Shown here piece by piece: positions 14,334 through 23,464 of a stretch of 64,000 nucleotides of DNA. The DNA is from Candidatus Uhrbacteria bacterium (GTDB taxonomy: Bacteria > Patescibacteriota > Patescibacteriia > UBA9934): contig CAWGHH010000001.1 in NCBI GenBank assembly GCA_963822405.1, positions 151,296-215,295 on the forward strand, written 5' to 3'. How positions within the stretch are numbered: position 1 is the stretch's first letter; every line of letters starts with the position of its first letter. The notes below the pieces were generated by a model, which saw only the letters and a list, made by a program, of their open reading frames with translations, had not been told where the DNA came from and did no database searches. Made by a program: the position numbers and the translations under genes.

Positions 14334-15359
14334 CTAGCGAGAGGTAAATATCCGAATCTCATCCATTAACTTCTTGTTCGGCCACTTAGTGAGGAGTCCG
14401 GCTTTTGCCCCAACGTGTTGAATAACGCTTTCGGAGTTGAGCGTGCCGATCTGCAAAGCCTCGTCTACAGTTAATCCTTTCGCTAGAGCTGAGACTACGC
14501 CGGAACCAAATGCGTCACCAGCGCCAGTGGTTGAAATTGGGTGAATGTTTCTGGTTCTGGCCGAGTATTTGATTTTTCCCATCGAGGCATACGCCCCGCG
14601 AGGTCCGTCGGTCACCACGTCGAGTGTAGCGGTCGACTTCGATGTCGACCCTTGCAAGGCCACAGCCAGTTCCTTCCCATCTTTGGTTGACAGTCCCGTC
14701 AGTGTCTGTGCTTCTTCGAGGTTCACAAACAACACGTCGACATCTTTCAGGAGTGGTCGAAGTTCAGATGCCTTTGCAAGCTCGCCTCCACCTGGGTTTA
14801 CGGAAATTTTTGCGCCGGTTTTTTTGGCGTGCGCGATAATTTTTGAAAGTAAGGCAATGTTCCCGGATAGGGAAGACACGTAATACCATTTCGCCGAAAG
14901 GGTTTTGAGTGGCACGTCGGCGAGTGAAAACTCGGCGGAGACACCGCGGTGAACAAGCGCGGTTCGTTCGCCAGTCGGTGCTGTTAGTAGCGTGCTGTAG
15001 GCGGTTTGCCCACCTTTAATGCGCTTGACCATGGTCGCGTCGATCTTGTAGCGAGCGAGATCGCGCAGAACGTCGTCTCCCGGTTCGTCATCACCAACTC
15101 GCGATACGATGCCGGTGACGAAACCGAGATTCGCAAACGTCGCGGCGGCATTCGTTGCTCCACCGCCCGTCGACAGAACCACTTGTTCGACGTCAATCTT
15201 TGTTCCGAGGGCGACACACTCGCCAACGCCAGTAGAAAATTTGTCGGATTTGAGGAGTTGGAATTCTTTCGAAAGTAAAAAGACGTCCCGAACAGCGGAA
15301 CCGATGGTGATGATGTCGTACATATGCCCCCATTCTACACCGCGGCATTTCTTTTCCAA
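14334..15359 (-). CDS. PfkB-family carbohydrate kinase (ribokinase-like) with an in-frame REP insertion
   Basis: TTGAGDAFGSGVVSALAKG signature; REP copy 7 encodes GSTSKSTAT in a loop. Confidence 0.8.
   Translation of the reverse strand: MEKKCRGVEWGHMYDIITIGSAVRDVFLLSKEFQLLKSDKFSTGVGECVALGTKIDVEQVVLSTGGGATNAAATFANLGFVTGIVSRVGDDEPGDDVLRDLARYKIDATMVKRIKGGQTAYSTLLTAPTGERTALVHRGVSAEFSLADVPLKTLSAKWYYVSSLSGNIALLSKIIAHAKKTGAKISVNPGGGELAKASELRPLLKDVDVLFVNLEEAQTLTGLSTKDGKELAVALQGSTSKSTATLDVVTDGPRGAYASMGKIKYSARTRNIHPISTTGAGDAFGSGVVSALAKGLTVDEALQIGTLNSESVIQHVGAKAGLLTKWPNKKLMDEIRIFTSR
14630..14651. repeat. REP copy 7 (GGTCGAC variant, inverted) inside the PfkB CDS
   Basis: cggtcgacttcgatgtcgaccc. Confidence 0.65.
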
Positions 15360-15483
15360 ACATCTATGAAATGAAGGTAGTTTTTGGCGATTTCTTTGAC
15401 GGCTGCTTCGCGGGAAATTTCTTCGTTGTGATATTTCTTGAGAGCGTCAAGGAAAATGGTTCGGCCAATAGCAAACCCGCTGA

Positions 15484-16164
15484 CTACGCCACTTTGCGCG
15501 GCGGCCTGGCCCAAGATTCGACGGCGCTGGCCGATTCACCTCGACCAAGCATGACAACGGGAATGCTCGTCGCTTCTGCTAATTTATGCCAGGACTCGAC
15601 GGACGAGAATCCCTCCAGTTTCCAAATAGCTGGCACAATTTTATGGCCGAGCAACTCTTTGACTGCTTCGATGACCGGTTCAGGATCAGTCGGTGTTGCT
15701 TTTGTCAGCACTTCGAGCATGAGTGGAATGTTATTTTCTATACAGAAGTCGGCCAGTCGCTTCATCTTCTCGCGTTGCGGAGCATTCACTTCTTCTTCAC
15801 CAACGTTATAGTGTACGAGAACTTTGGCATATGTCGGTTTCACTTCGAGCAATGCTTCGCCGAACTTGTCGCCATGAATAAACTCAAGGGCAGCACCGCT
15901 ATTTTCCGTCGAAACAATGTGAACGACGTTCTTAGTTTTTGCCTCGGCGATAATTTGCGATCCGAATTCTTCGTCGACTAAAATGCCTGGCGTTCCAGCC
16001 TCGCTCGCCTCGTCAAAAGCTAGCTGAACGGCTTCCCAAATAATCATTTTCAAAGCCTTAGCCTCGACAATATCCTTGCCCTTCAATGGATATGTTTTGC
16101 CGAATATTGCTTTTGCAAATCCAGAACGGTGATCAAAGGGAAGAATGAAAAGGGGATAATGCAT
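15484..16164 (-). CDS. aldolase-like protein (DUF2090 / IolC C-terminal-domain-like); C-terminus possibly frameshifted
   Basis: N-terminal MHYPLFILPFDHRSGF resembles the DUF2090 aldolase-like fold; the last ~15 residues are low-complexity and 120 nt before the next gene are uncovered. Confidence 0.4.
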   Translation of the reverse strand: MHYPLFILPFDHRSGFAKAIFGKTYPLKGKDIVEAKALKMIIWEAVQLAFDEASEAGTPGILVDEEFGSQIIAEAKTKNVVHIVSTENSGAALEFIHGDKFGEALLEVKPTYAKVLVHYNVGEEEVNAPQREKMKRLADFCIENNIPLMLEVLTKATPTDPEPVIEAVKELLGHKIVPAIWKLEGFSSVESWHKLAEATSIPVVMLGRGESASAVESWARPPRKVA

Positions 16165-16167
16165 AAT

Positions 16168-17139
16168 TTATAACTCTTTCGTTTGGTAACTAGGATGTGC
16201 TTTCAGCAATTTATTGATTTCTGTATGTGAAAGCAAGCCACGTGTAGGACCAACCTGCTCAATGACAGACGCAGAATTAACTGAGCCCCATCGAAGAGCC
16301 TCGTTATGCGTCTTGCCTTTCATTAATGCCCCAAGGAAGCCGGCAGCGAAGGCATCACCAGCACCAGTTGCCTCAACCATTGTGGCTGGGAAAGCTGGAA
16401 CGACGTCTAGTTGCTTGCCGTCATACGCGTAAGCACCCCGAGGGCCATCAGTGACAACCACATATTTAGGTCCCATGGCTTTTAGTCTGGCCATAATGCC
16501 ATGGATGGCATCGTTATTCTCTTTGCCAACTAGTTGTCTGGCCTCGACCATGTTTACAAAGAGTACTTCGCAGACAGCGATGAGTTCTTTGAGTTCTGTC
16601 TTGTCTTCTTTGATCTGAATAGAACCTGGGTTGAGGCTAATTTTTGTACCCCTTGCGGCATGTTTGAGAGCATCCGTGTAAAGATGCTCGTAACCGTCGC
16701 CAAGTTCGCAAATGTGAATGAAATTTGTGGTTGGGAGTTTAACTGGGAGGTGATATTCCTGCGGGACAAAGTCTACGAGTTGGGTCGATTCGCCCTTAAA
16801 GTTAAGAACAACGGCGGCGCTTGAACGAATCCCTTTTTTGGTTTTTATTAATGAGGAGTCGACTCGATGTTTCGAGAGAAAACTCAACGCTTGGGCATAT
16901 ACGTCATCCTCGCCCATGTGGCTCATGACGCTGGTCGATAAACCCATTTTTGCTAGGCCAATAGCGACATTTGGCGCGCTGCCCGCAATCTGGGTGACAA
17001 AGGCTTCGACCGAAATCTTTTCGCCGTAAGCCAAACACAGTTTGCAATCCGGCATCTTGAGCTCACATTTCACGCTAGCGTCATGGATAACAATGAACGT
17101 ATCAAGCTTTACGTCACCAACCGAGATTAGGTCGAGCAT
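16168..17139 (-). CDS. PfkB-family carbohydrate kinase
   Basis: ATGAGDAFAAGFLGALMKG signature. Confidence 0.8.
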   Translation of the reverse strand: MLDLISVGDVKLDTFIVIHDASVKCELKMPDCKLCLAYGEKISVEAFVTQIAGSAPNVAIGLAKMGLSTSVMSHMGEDDVYAQALSFLSKHRVDSSLIKTKKGIRSSAAVVLNFKGESTQLVDFVPQEYHLPVKLPTTNFIHICELGDGYEHLYTDALKHAARGTKISLNPGSIQIKEDKTELKELIAVCEVLFVNMVEARQLVGKENNDAIHGIMARLKAMGPKYVVVTDGPRGAYAYDGKQLDVVPAFPATMVEATGAGDAFAAGFLGALMKGKTHNEALRWGSVNSASVIEQVGPTRGLLSHTEINKLLKAHPSYQTKEL

Positions 17140-17146
17140 ATTGCTC

Positions 17147-17683
17147 TCATTCTACATGACGCAAAGACTTCCCGGTATAGATAAATATGGATAACAGTTT
17201 TTCTTCTTTCAGCGTTTCAATGGGCGAAGTATTCGGGAGCGGCCAGGCTTCGACTATGACTTTCGCCTCATCTTTGAGATCACGTTTTAGTAGCTCGACC
17301 AGCTTGGGATAGCTTTTTGGCAGCAAAAATATGAAAACTAGATTTGCGTCAGCAACTGACTGCTTAAAGAGATTGCCGAAGCGAATATGCACCTTTTTAT
17401 ACTTGTTGAAGTATAGAATTTTTCTTGCCCAGCCAAAAAAGAGGGGGAGAAGTGAAATATCATAGCCAACGCATTCAACACCCGGGAATTTTCGAGCGAC
17501 TGCAAAGAGCATTGAACCGTCCCCGCAGCCGAGATCAACTACTTTTTGACCAGGTTCGAGCTTGAGCTTATCAAGCAAATGACGCCTGTCGCTTGGTTTT
17601 GTAGGTAGCCATGGAGCCGCAGACGCGCCAGCAATAGCCGCTGAGATAATTACGAGCAATCCAAACGCCTCCAGTAACCACAT
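17147..17683 (-). CDS. class I SAM-dependent methyltransferase
   Basis: Motif I VVDLGCGDGSM. Confidence 0.6.
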   Translation of the reverse strand: MWLLEAFGLLVIISAAIAGASAAPWLPTKPSDRRHLLDKLKLEPGQKVVDLGCGDGSMLFAVARKFPGVECVGYDISLLPLFFGWARKILYFNKYKKVHIRFGNLFKQSVADANLVFIFLLPKSYPKLVELLKRDLKDEAKVIVEAWPLPNTSPIETLKEEKLLSIFIYTGKSLRHVE

Positions 17684-17684
17684 A

Positions 17685-18434
17685 TTAGACTTTATCTTTA
17701 CCTATTTCCTCCAAGCTTTTCCAAAGAATTGTTTCTTCGTCTTTTGTTAAATGTCTCCATTCTCCTGGCTGAAGGTCACCAAGCTTGATGTGCATGATGC
17801 GGACGCGGGTGAGCCCAATGACCTGGTAGCCAAGCGCTTCACACATGCGGCGGATTTGGCGATTTCTGCCCTCCACGATGGTGATGGCGAAGGTCGTCTC
17901 AGAACGTTCATCTAGCTGCGCGGGCAAAGTCCGACCATCCTCAAGAAGAACGCCTTTTTTCATTTTTTGGATGAAATCGGGGGTGATTTCTTTGTCTACG
18001 GTGACAATATATTCTTTTTCGTGTTCACCCTCGGCGCGAAGAATTTTGTTGACGATTGAGCCGTCGTTAGTGAGCAGAATCAAGCCGGAGGAAGCAACGT
18101 CGAGTCGGCCAATATGAAAAATTCGCTCTGGATAGTGAACCGCCTCGACAATGTTATCTTGTGCCTTTGGGTCAGCAGTACAGATAATTCCGACTGGTTT
18201 GTTATAGGCCAAGTACACCTTTTCTTTGGGCGATGTATCAACTTTCTTGCCGTTTACAACTATTTCTTCGGTTCCCTCAACTTTTTCGCCCATGATGGCA
18301 TTACGGCCATTAACCGTAATTTTCTTGGCCTCGATTAGTCTGTCGGCTTCGCGTCTTGAGCAGACGCCTTGTTCAACCAGGAACTTGTTTAGTCTTACAG
18401 GCATATTGTCTCGATAGTAGCATGCGGCGGTCAA
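17685..18434 (-). CDS. rRNA pseudouridine synthase (RsuA/RluB/RluF family), S4 domain plus catalytic domain
   Basis: S4-like N-terminus; HIGRLDVASSGLILLTNDG catalytic motif. Confidence 0.8.
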   Translation of the reverse strand: MTAACYYRDNMPVRLNKFLVEQGVCSRREADRLIEAKKITVNGRNAIMGEKVEGTEEIVVNGKKVDTSPKEKVYLAYNKPVGIICTADPKAQDNIVEAVHYPERIFHIGRLDVASSGLILLTNDGSIVNKILRAEGEHEKEYIVTVDKEITPDFIQKMKKGVLLEDGRTLPAQLDERSETTFAITIVEGRNRQIRRMCEALGYQVIGLTRVRIMHIKLGDLQPGEWRHLTKDEETILWKSLEEIGKDKV

Positions 18435-18467
18435 AGGTCAAAATAGCTAAATGTAGCTTGTGATACC

Positions 18468-18950
18468 ATGATGGCACATATGAAAAAATTACTTATTGGT
18501 TTGTGCGCGGTGACGCTTCTTGGGGCTGGGTGCGCTAGCTCTGATTTAAGCGACGCTACGCATAATAGTGACGGCTCACCATTTGTTCCGGTAGCCCAAG
18601 AACCGGCTAAGCTTGGTCCTCAACCTGGATATCCAGGGGATAATCCAGATGTGACCGTGCAGGGCGAGTGGGCAGGTTTTGTGCTGGCTGTAGCTGACAA
18701 CAAGTCTTGTGACGAAGCTAAACTGTACTTAACCGCGGCTGTCCAACCGGCATTTACGGCTGAGGCATGTAAACAGATGAACGATTACATCATGACCGTG
18801 CCAAGTGTTGATTGGTCGAAAACTGTCACCGCGGCCGATAATAAGAAAGTTACGCTCTACAGCTATAAGGGCGAGTTATTTGCTGAGTACTTACTCGGTG
18901 TAGACGGAGCTTGGTATTTGAACACTCCGGTTTGGGTAGCGAAGTTGTAG
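18468..18950 (+). CDS. putative lipoprotein (160 aa)
   Basis: Signal peptide with lipobox LLGAGCASS. Confidence 0.5.
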   Translation: MMAHMKKLLIGLCAVTLLGAGCASSDLSDATHNSDGSPFVPVAQEPAKLGPQPGYPGDNPDVTVQGEWAGFVLAVADNKSCDEAKLYLTAAVQPAFTAEACKQMNDYIMTVPSVDWSKTVTAADNKKVTLYSYKGELFAEYLLGVDGAWYLNTPVWVAKL

Positions 18951-19031
18951 AAAATAAAAACAGACTAGTCGTCGAAATTTGAGTCGGATTACCTCCTAAA
19001 AATTTCTCTCAACTAGTCTGTTTTTATTTTC
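18950..19031. repeat. Nested-hairpin element copy 1: perfect 20-bp inverted repeat around a 42-nt core, spanning exactly stop to stop of convergent genes
   Basis: Arms gaaaataaaaacagactagt / actagtctgtttttattttc; core contains GAAATTT-gagtcggattacctcctaa-AAATTTC; a 37-nt stretch of this core recurs identically at the second copy (61525-61611). Confidence 0.7.
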
Positions 19032-20038
19032 TACTTTTTGGCGACTGCGTGCTTTTTTAGTTTCATCACTTGACGAACAGCCTTCACGATCCAAGGTGCG
19101 GTTAGCTTGTAGTGTTCTAGTAGCTCGCGCGGTTCGCCGGATTGGCCAAAGGTGTCTTCCATGCCAACGCGTTCGACTGGCACTGGATACGTCTTCGCGA
19201 GGAGCTCGCATACAGCACCGCCAAGTCCACCGGCGGCTTGGGCTTCTTCGACGGTAACAATTGCGCCACACTCTTGAGCTGCGGCAATGACGGTGGCCTC
19301 GTCCATTGGCTTGATACTGACCATGTTGATAACGCGCGCTTCGATTCCTTTCGTTTCGAGCTCTTTAGCCGCGAGCATCGCCTCGTACAATAGGGGGCCA
19401 CAGGCGAGTATGGCAACGTCTGTGCCGGTTTTGTAAACTTCAGCTTTGCCAATGGCGAACGGCGTTTTTTCGGTTGTGAAAACCGGCGTTTTCTCGCGTG
19501 CGAACCGAATGTAGACTGGGCCTTCATGTTTGGCGGCGGCCACAATGGCTTTGCGTGTTTCAATTGCGTCGCACGGTACGAGCACGGTCATGTTAGGCAG
19601 CACGCGCATGATAGCAATGTCTTCTACCATTTGGTGCGTCGCCCCGTCTGGACCAACGGATACACCGGCGTGCGCTCCGGCAATTTTCATGTTTGTATTT
19701 TGAAGACAGGCGGTTGTTCTAATCTGTTCCCAGTTTCTACCGGGGGAGAAGCAGGCATAGCTGACAATAAACGGAACTTTTCCCTGTAGAGCCATGCCAG
19801 CGGCGATAGCGGCGAGTGATTGTTCTGATACGCCCATCTGGACGAACCTTTCTGGGAAAGCGAGTTTGAAAGACTCTACTCTAGTTGACTCAGTTAAGTC
19901 TGCGCACAGAACCATGACATTTGGATCAGCCTGCCCGGCCAGCACTAAGCCCTGCCCAAACCCATCACGGGTTGGAGCCTGGGCAATATCAGCATCAAAG
20001 AGTTTTTTTGTTAGGGCTGCCGAGCGGGGAATAGACAT
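19031..20038 (-). CDS. tkt: transketolase, C-terminal (pyrimidine-binding) subunit
   Basis: Recognisable transketolase C-terminal-half sequence across the whole ORF. Confidence 0.85.
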   Translation of the reverse strand: MSIPRSAALTKKLFDADIAQAPTRDGFGQGLVLAGQADPNVMVLCADLTESTRVESFKLAFPERFVQMGVSEQSLAAIAAGMALQGKVPFIVSYACFSPGRNWEQIRTTACLQNTNMKIAGAHAGVSVGPDGATHQMVEDIAIMRVLPNMTVLVPCDAIETRKAIVAAAKHEGPVYIRFAREKTPVFTTEKTPFAIGKAEVYKTGTDVAILACGPLLYEAMLAAKELETKGIEARVINMVSIKPMDEATVIAAAQECGAIVTVEEAQAAGGLGGAVCELLAKTYPVPVERVGMEDTFGQSGEPRELLEHYKLTAPWIVKAVRQVMKLKKHAVAKK

Positions 20039-20043
20039 AAGAA

Positions 20044-21033
20044 CTACACCTTTAACATTTTCTTCACTAACTTATAGATCAAGAAGATAATAATCGCTGC
20101 TGGGATGGCAATTGCTCCGCCAATGATAATGAACCAGACGGCAAAGGTGATGAAGGCTTGAGCTAGGAGAATTACTGCTTGTCCGGCTTGCTTCATATCT
20201 CGCATCAGATCAAACTTTCCAGCTGGTAGGTTCAGGTTTGCTTGTTCAGTCAGTACTACAGAGATGGTCGAGTATGTAGTCTGGTTGCTGAGTGACTTGA
20301 TCTGTCCCTGGTATGACTCGATTTCATAACGAACCTGGGAGAGATACTGTTGAACTGCAAGAATGTCAGTTACTGTGTTGGCTTTCTTCAGGATGTCGAG
20401 GTATTGAGCTTCTTGCGCTTGGGCATTTGTTAGGCGAGCCTGGAGGTCAGTGTATTGCTCGGTTACATCTTGGCCGTTTACGCTTTCTGAGGAAACTCTA
20501 AGGGCGAGTCCGCGCAGTGAGGCGAGGGTAGCCTCGAACTTTGTTTCTGGTACGCGAATAGTGGCGTAGGCGGATACTGTTCCGTCATTGTTTTCAACAA
20601 CGTTTGAAGACTCGACAAAGCCTCCTTGCGCAACGGCAATGTCTGAAACTTTCTGGGCACTTTCACGGGAGGACTTTACTTCGAGCGTCAGCGAACCAGT
20701 TTTAATGATTCGAGGAGTTGCCGTAGCCGCAGTATCGCCACCCATCATTGGAGGAATGGGGGAGGGAACCGGGTAGGCCGAACCATCAGCGTAGGTCTTT
20801 GTATAGTAGGCATCCATCATTGGAGCGCTAGCGGAGACTGATCCGCCGGCTGATCCTGTTTCAAAACTACCCATCATAGTTCGTACTGTGCCACCGTCGC
20901 TACCAAGATCATCAAACGACATCATTCGTCCTCCAGTTTGGAACAAGGTAAACGAACCAACCAAGAGAATGAAGAGTCCGCTGCCAATTAGTATCGCCCA
21001 GAATCCAGTAGACGATGCATTTTTTGTGGCCAT
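20044..21033 (-). CDS. DUF4349-like membrane-anchored protein
   Basis: N-terminal TM, coiled-coil-like middle, C-terminal TM; wedged between the transketolase subunits. Confidence 0.45.
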   Translation of the reverse strand: MATKNASSTGFWAILIGSGLFILLVGSFTLFQTGGRMMSFDDLGSDGGTVRTMMGSFETGSAGGSVSASAPMMDAYYTKTYADGSAYPVPSPIPPMMGGDTAATATPRIIKTGSLTLEVKSSRESAQKVSDIAVAQGGFVESSNVVENNDGTVSAYATIRVPETKFEATLASLRGLALRVSSESVNGQDVTEQYTDLQARLTNAQAQEAQYLDILKKANTVTDILAVQQYLSQVRYEIESYQGQIKSLSNQTTYSTISVVLTEQANLNLPAGKFDLMRDMKQAGQAVILLAQAFITFAVWFIIIGGAIAIPAAIIIFLIYKLVKKMLKV

Positions 21034-21040
21034 AATATAT

Positions 21041-21559
21041 TTATTCCATTTCTGACTTAATAGTACCGTTTAATGTGCGAAGTTCTTTCAGGGCAGACTT
21101 TAGTTCGTCGCCAGCTTTTGGCGGTTTGCCGTGCCAGGAAGGCTCAAACTCCATGAAGCTAACGCCTTTTCCTGGGATAGTGTGAGCAATGATCACCGTC
21201 GGCGTCTCCCAGGTAGCCTTTGCTCGGTCGGTTGCTTCGACAAATTCACGAATGTTGTGACCGTCGATCTCGAGCACTGTGAAGTTAAAGGCTTCAAACT
21301 TATCACGGAGCGATTCAAGAGGCATGATGTCTTCCGTGTAGCCGTCGATCTGAATGTTGTTGCGGTCAATGATCCAAGTCAGGTTATGCAGTTTATTTTT
21401 TCCCGCGAATAATGCGGCTTCCCAAGTAATTCCGGCTGCCAGCTCGCCATCACTCATGATGCAGTAGGTGTGCCAGGGAAGTTTTTCGAGCTTGGCCACA
21501 TAAGCCGCGCCAGCTGACTGCGGAGACCCGTCACCGAGAAAGGCCGGAAGTATTCTCAA
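21041..21559 (-). CDS. tkt: transketolase N-terminal (TPP-binding) subunit, 3' part of a frameshifted gene
   Basis: Overlaps the upstream fragment by 29 nt in another frame. Confidence 0.65.
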   Translation of the reverse strand: MRILPAFLGDGSPQSAGAAYVAKLEKLPWHTYCIMSDGELAAGITWEAALFAGKNKLHNLTWIIDRNNIQIDGYTEDIMPLESLRDKFEAFNFTVLEIDGHNIREFVEATDRAKATWETPTVIIAHTIPGKGVSFMEFEPSWHGKPPKAGDELKSALKELRTLNGTIKSEME

Positions 21560-21935
21560 GCCCCGGGAGGAACCGGTGTTCCGGGTGTCCCTGGAGACGT
21601 GAACCGAATTTTCTAAGTGTTGCTAGTTCGGCTTTTGGAAAATATCCCGCGTGGGCCATGCTGGCATATCTAATCGGAACAATGTGTCCGTTGCTCAGAA
21701 AGAGTCGGTCGCGATCTTCCCAGTTGGGCAGCTTGGGGTTGTGATGAAGAACATGAAAATATAGCGCGGTAAAAATATCCGCCATGCCAAGCGGTCCAGC
21801 TGAGTGTCCGCTACCAGCAGTTGTTAGCATTTTCAAGACGTCTTCGCGAATAGAATTCGCTTGAAGCTCAAGTTCGCGAAGCTTGTTATCTGTTAACGGC
21901 GCGGCAGTTTGGCGGACAATCGGCATAGTTGTCAC
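21531..21935 (-). CDS. tkt: transketolase N-terminal (TPP-binding) subunit, 5' part of a frameshifted gene
   Basis: TPP-site motif GHSAGPLGMADIF...GHP; the frame ends 21531-21559, where the other fragment begins. Confidence 0.65.
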   Translation of the reverse strand: MTTMPIVRQTAAPLTDNKLRELELQANSIREDVLKMLTTAGSGHSAGPLGMADIFTALYFHVLHHNPKLPNWEDRDRLFLSNGHIVPIRYASMAHAGYFPKAELATLRKFGSRLQGHPEHRFLPGLENTSGLSR

Positions 21936-21994
21936 CAGTATATAACAAAAGACCGAAGCCTTCGCTCCGATCTCTTGTAGTTCACGTATTAACT

Positions 21995-22792
21995 TTATTG
22001 TACGTACACGGCTCCAGTAATCTGGCTGTTATAGCTATCAAAGAAAGTGAATGTTCCGGCTTTCTTGAAAGTTTGGATGAAGCTGTCGCCAACGTTCAGC
22101 GTACCAGTACCCCAGGTGAGGTCATCACCAGTAGCGGTGTGCTTTGTGCCACCCGTGTTAGTGAAACGTACTCCCTGGCCAACAGTGACGTGAACATCAA
22201 GTGGGGAAGCGCCGGCGTCCGTCAGGTTGATAGTCGAAGGAGCTTTGAGGTTCTTATCAAGGTTGATGTTAGTAGCAGCTGTAGTTACTGCGCTTGGGAT
22301 GAAGTCAGCAGCGCCAGTGATCTCTGCGCCCTTTTTGTAGTTTCCAAAGAAACCATCTGGGATATCATCAATCTGCTTGTTCCAAGTTCCGCCGTAGAGA
22401 GCTGAGGCAACGGATTCGCCACCTACGTGTCGGAGGGTTCCGCCAGCGTCAACTGCGTAAACGTTTGGATCAGAGTCAATCTTGATCATGCGAACACCTG
22501 GGCGGTACGTAACGTTTCCACCAATCTGGATCTTGGCGAGTTCTGCATCTGAAATGAACTTAACGGTGTCAAAGTTTGCGTACCATGTGCCGTAAGTTTT
22601 CTGGTTCGGGAAAACGTAGCGGAAGCCGTCTGTGCCCATGTAATATACGGCCGAGAAGGATGTGCCACGGATTAAATCACCGGAAGAAACAGTAGCGGCA
22701 AACGCGTGTTGGCGTGAAAGGCCAAATGAAGTTACGCCCAGGGAAGCAATGACTGCTGCTGCGAAGAGTGAGCGAGTTAATTTCATACCCAA
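21995..22792 (-). CDS. secreted hypothetical protein (signal peptide; cupredoxin-like C-terminal region without the copper ligands)
   Basis: Signal peptide MGMKLTRSLFAAAVIASLGVTSFG. Confidence 0.45.
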   Translation of the reverse strand: MGMKLTRSLFAAAVIASLGVTSFGLSRQHAFAATVSSGDLIRGTSFSAVYYMGTDGFRYVFPNQKTYGTWYANFDTVKFISDAELAKIQIGGNVTYRPGVRMIKIDSDPNVYAVDAGGTLRHVGGESVASALYGGTWNKQIDDIPDGFFGNYKKGAEITGAADFIPSAVTTAATNINLDKNLKAPSTINLTDAGASPLDVHVTVGQGVRFTNTGGTKHTATGDDLTWGTGTLNVGDSFIQTFKKAGTFTFFDSYNSQITGAVYVQ

Positions 22793-22809
22793 AAATAAAT
22801 TGAAAAGGG

Positions 22810-23463
22810 TTATGGACTAATAGTAGCACAGTTGAGAAGCTCTTCAAATGCTTCCTCTGGAGAAGGGGATGACCAGAGTGCTGAAGACGCAATAATCCTT
22901 GTAGCGCCGGCCTCCACAATGCCATGAATACTCTTAGTGTTCACTCCGCCATCAACGGCAATTCTAATTTCTGGGAACATTGCTCGCGCCCGACGAATCT
23001 TGGCAAGTGTTAATTCTTTCATTAATTCTTGCCCTGAAGCGCCCGGGTGGACGCCCATGATGAGTAACTCGCTCGGGCAGGCGGGGATATCATGCCAAGC
23101 TTCAATTGGCGTCTCTGGATTCACGGCGAGCGTTACGCCAACTTTCATGAGCTCGAGCTGGATACAGATATTTGGATTCCTAATAGCCTCAGTATGAATG
23201 ATGACATTCGCGAGTGTCGGCACTTTGGTCGACCACTCGACAATGTGACGCATTGGGTCAGTCGTCATGAGATGAATTTCGATCTCCGGTAAATCCGCCC
23301 ATTTGCCAATAACATTAGGATCAGCCCAACAGCTTTTGGGCACTAAAGTATCGTTGAGCACGTCTATATGAAAACGTTTAGCGATTTTGCGTAACCCAGG
23401 ATGAAATAGTTTAGCCTTCATGTCAGCTTCGTCATGGGCGAGTATTGCGGGAGTGATTTCCAT
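22810..23463 (-). CDS. rpe: ribulose-phosphate 3-epimerase
   Basis: Rpe motifs (HLMTTDP, DGGV); start overlaps the rpiB stop; the longer ORF to 23613 is an extension. Confidence 0.8.
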   Translation of the reverse strand: MEITPAILAHDEADMKAKLFHPGLRKIAKRFHIDVLNDTLVPKSCWADPNVIGKWADLPEIEIHLMTTDPMRHIVEWSTKVPTLANVIIHTEAIRNPNICIQLELMKVGVTLAVNPETPIEAWHDIPACPSELLIMGVHPGASGQELMKELTLAKIRRARAMFPEIRIAVDGGVNTKSIHGIVEAGATRIIASSALWSSPSPEEAFEELLNCATISP

Positions 23464-23464
23464 A

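Noticed and set aside
10787-14651. Possible CRISPR array, given repeated 22-nt units
   Set aside because: The repeats are palindromic hairpins at irregular spacings of 150 to 2200 bp. They occur in both orientations. Some lie inside genes. No cas genes or leader are present. This is a REP/RAYT family, not CRISPR.
18950-19031. Nested-hairpin element as a MITE or IS
   Set aside because: The terminal inverted repeats differ completely between the two copies while the interior is identical. There is no transposase and no target-site duplication. This is the opposite of MITE conservation.
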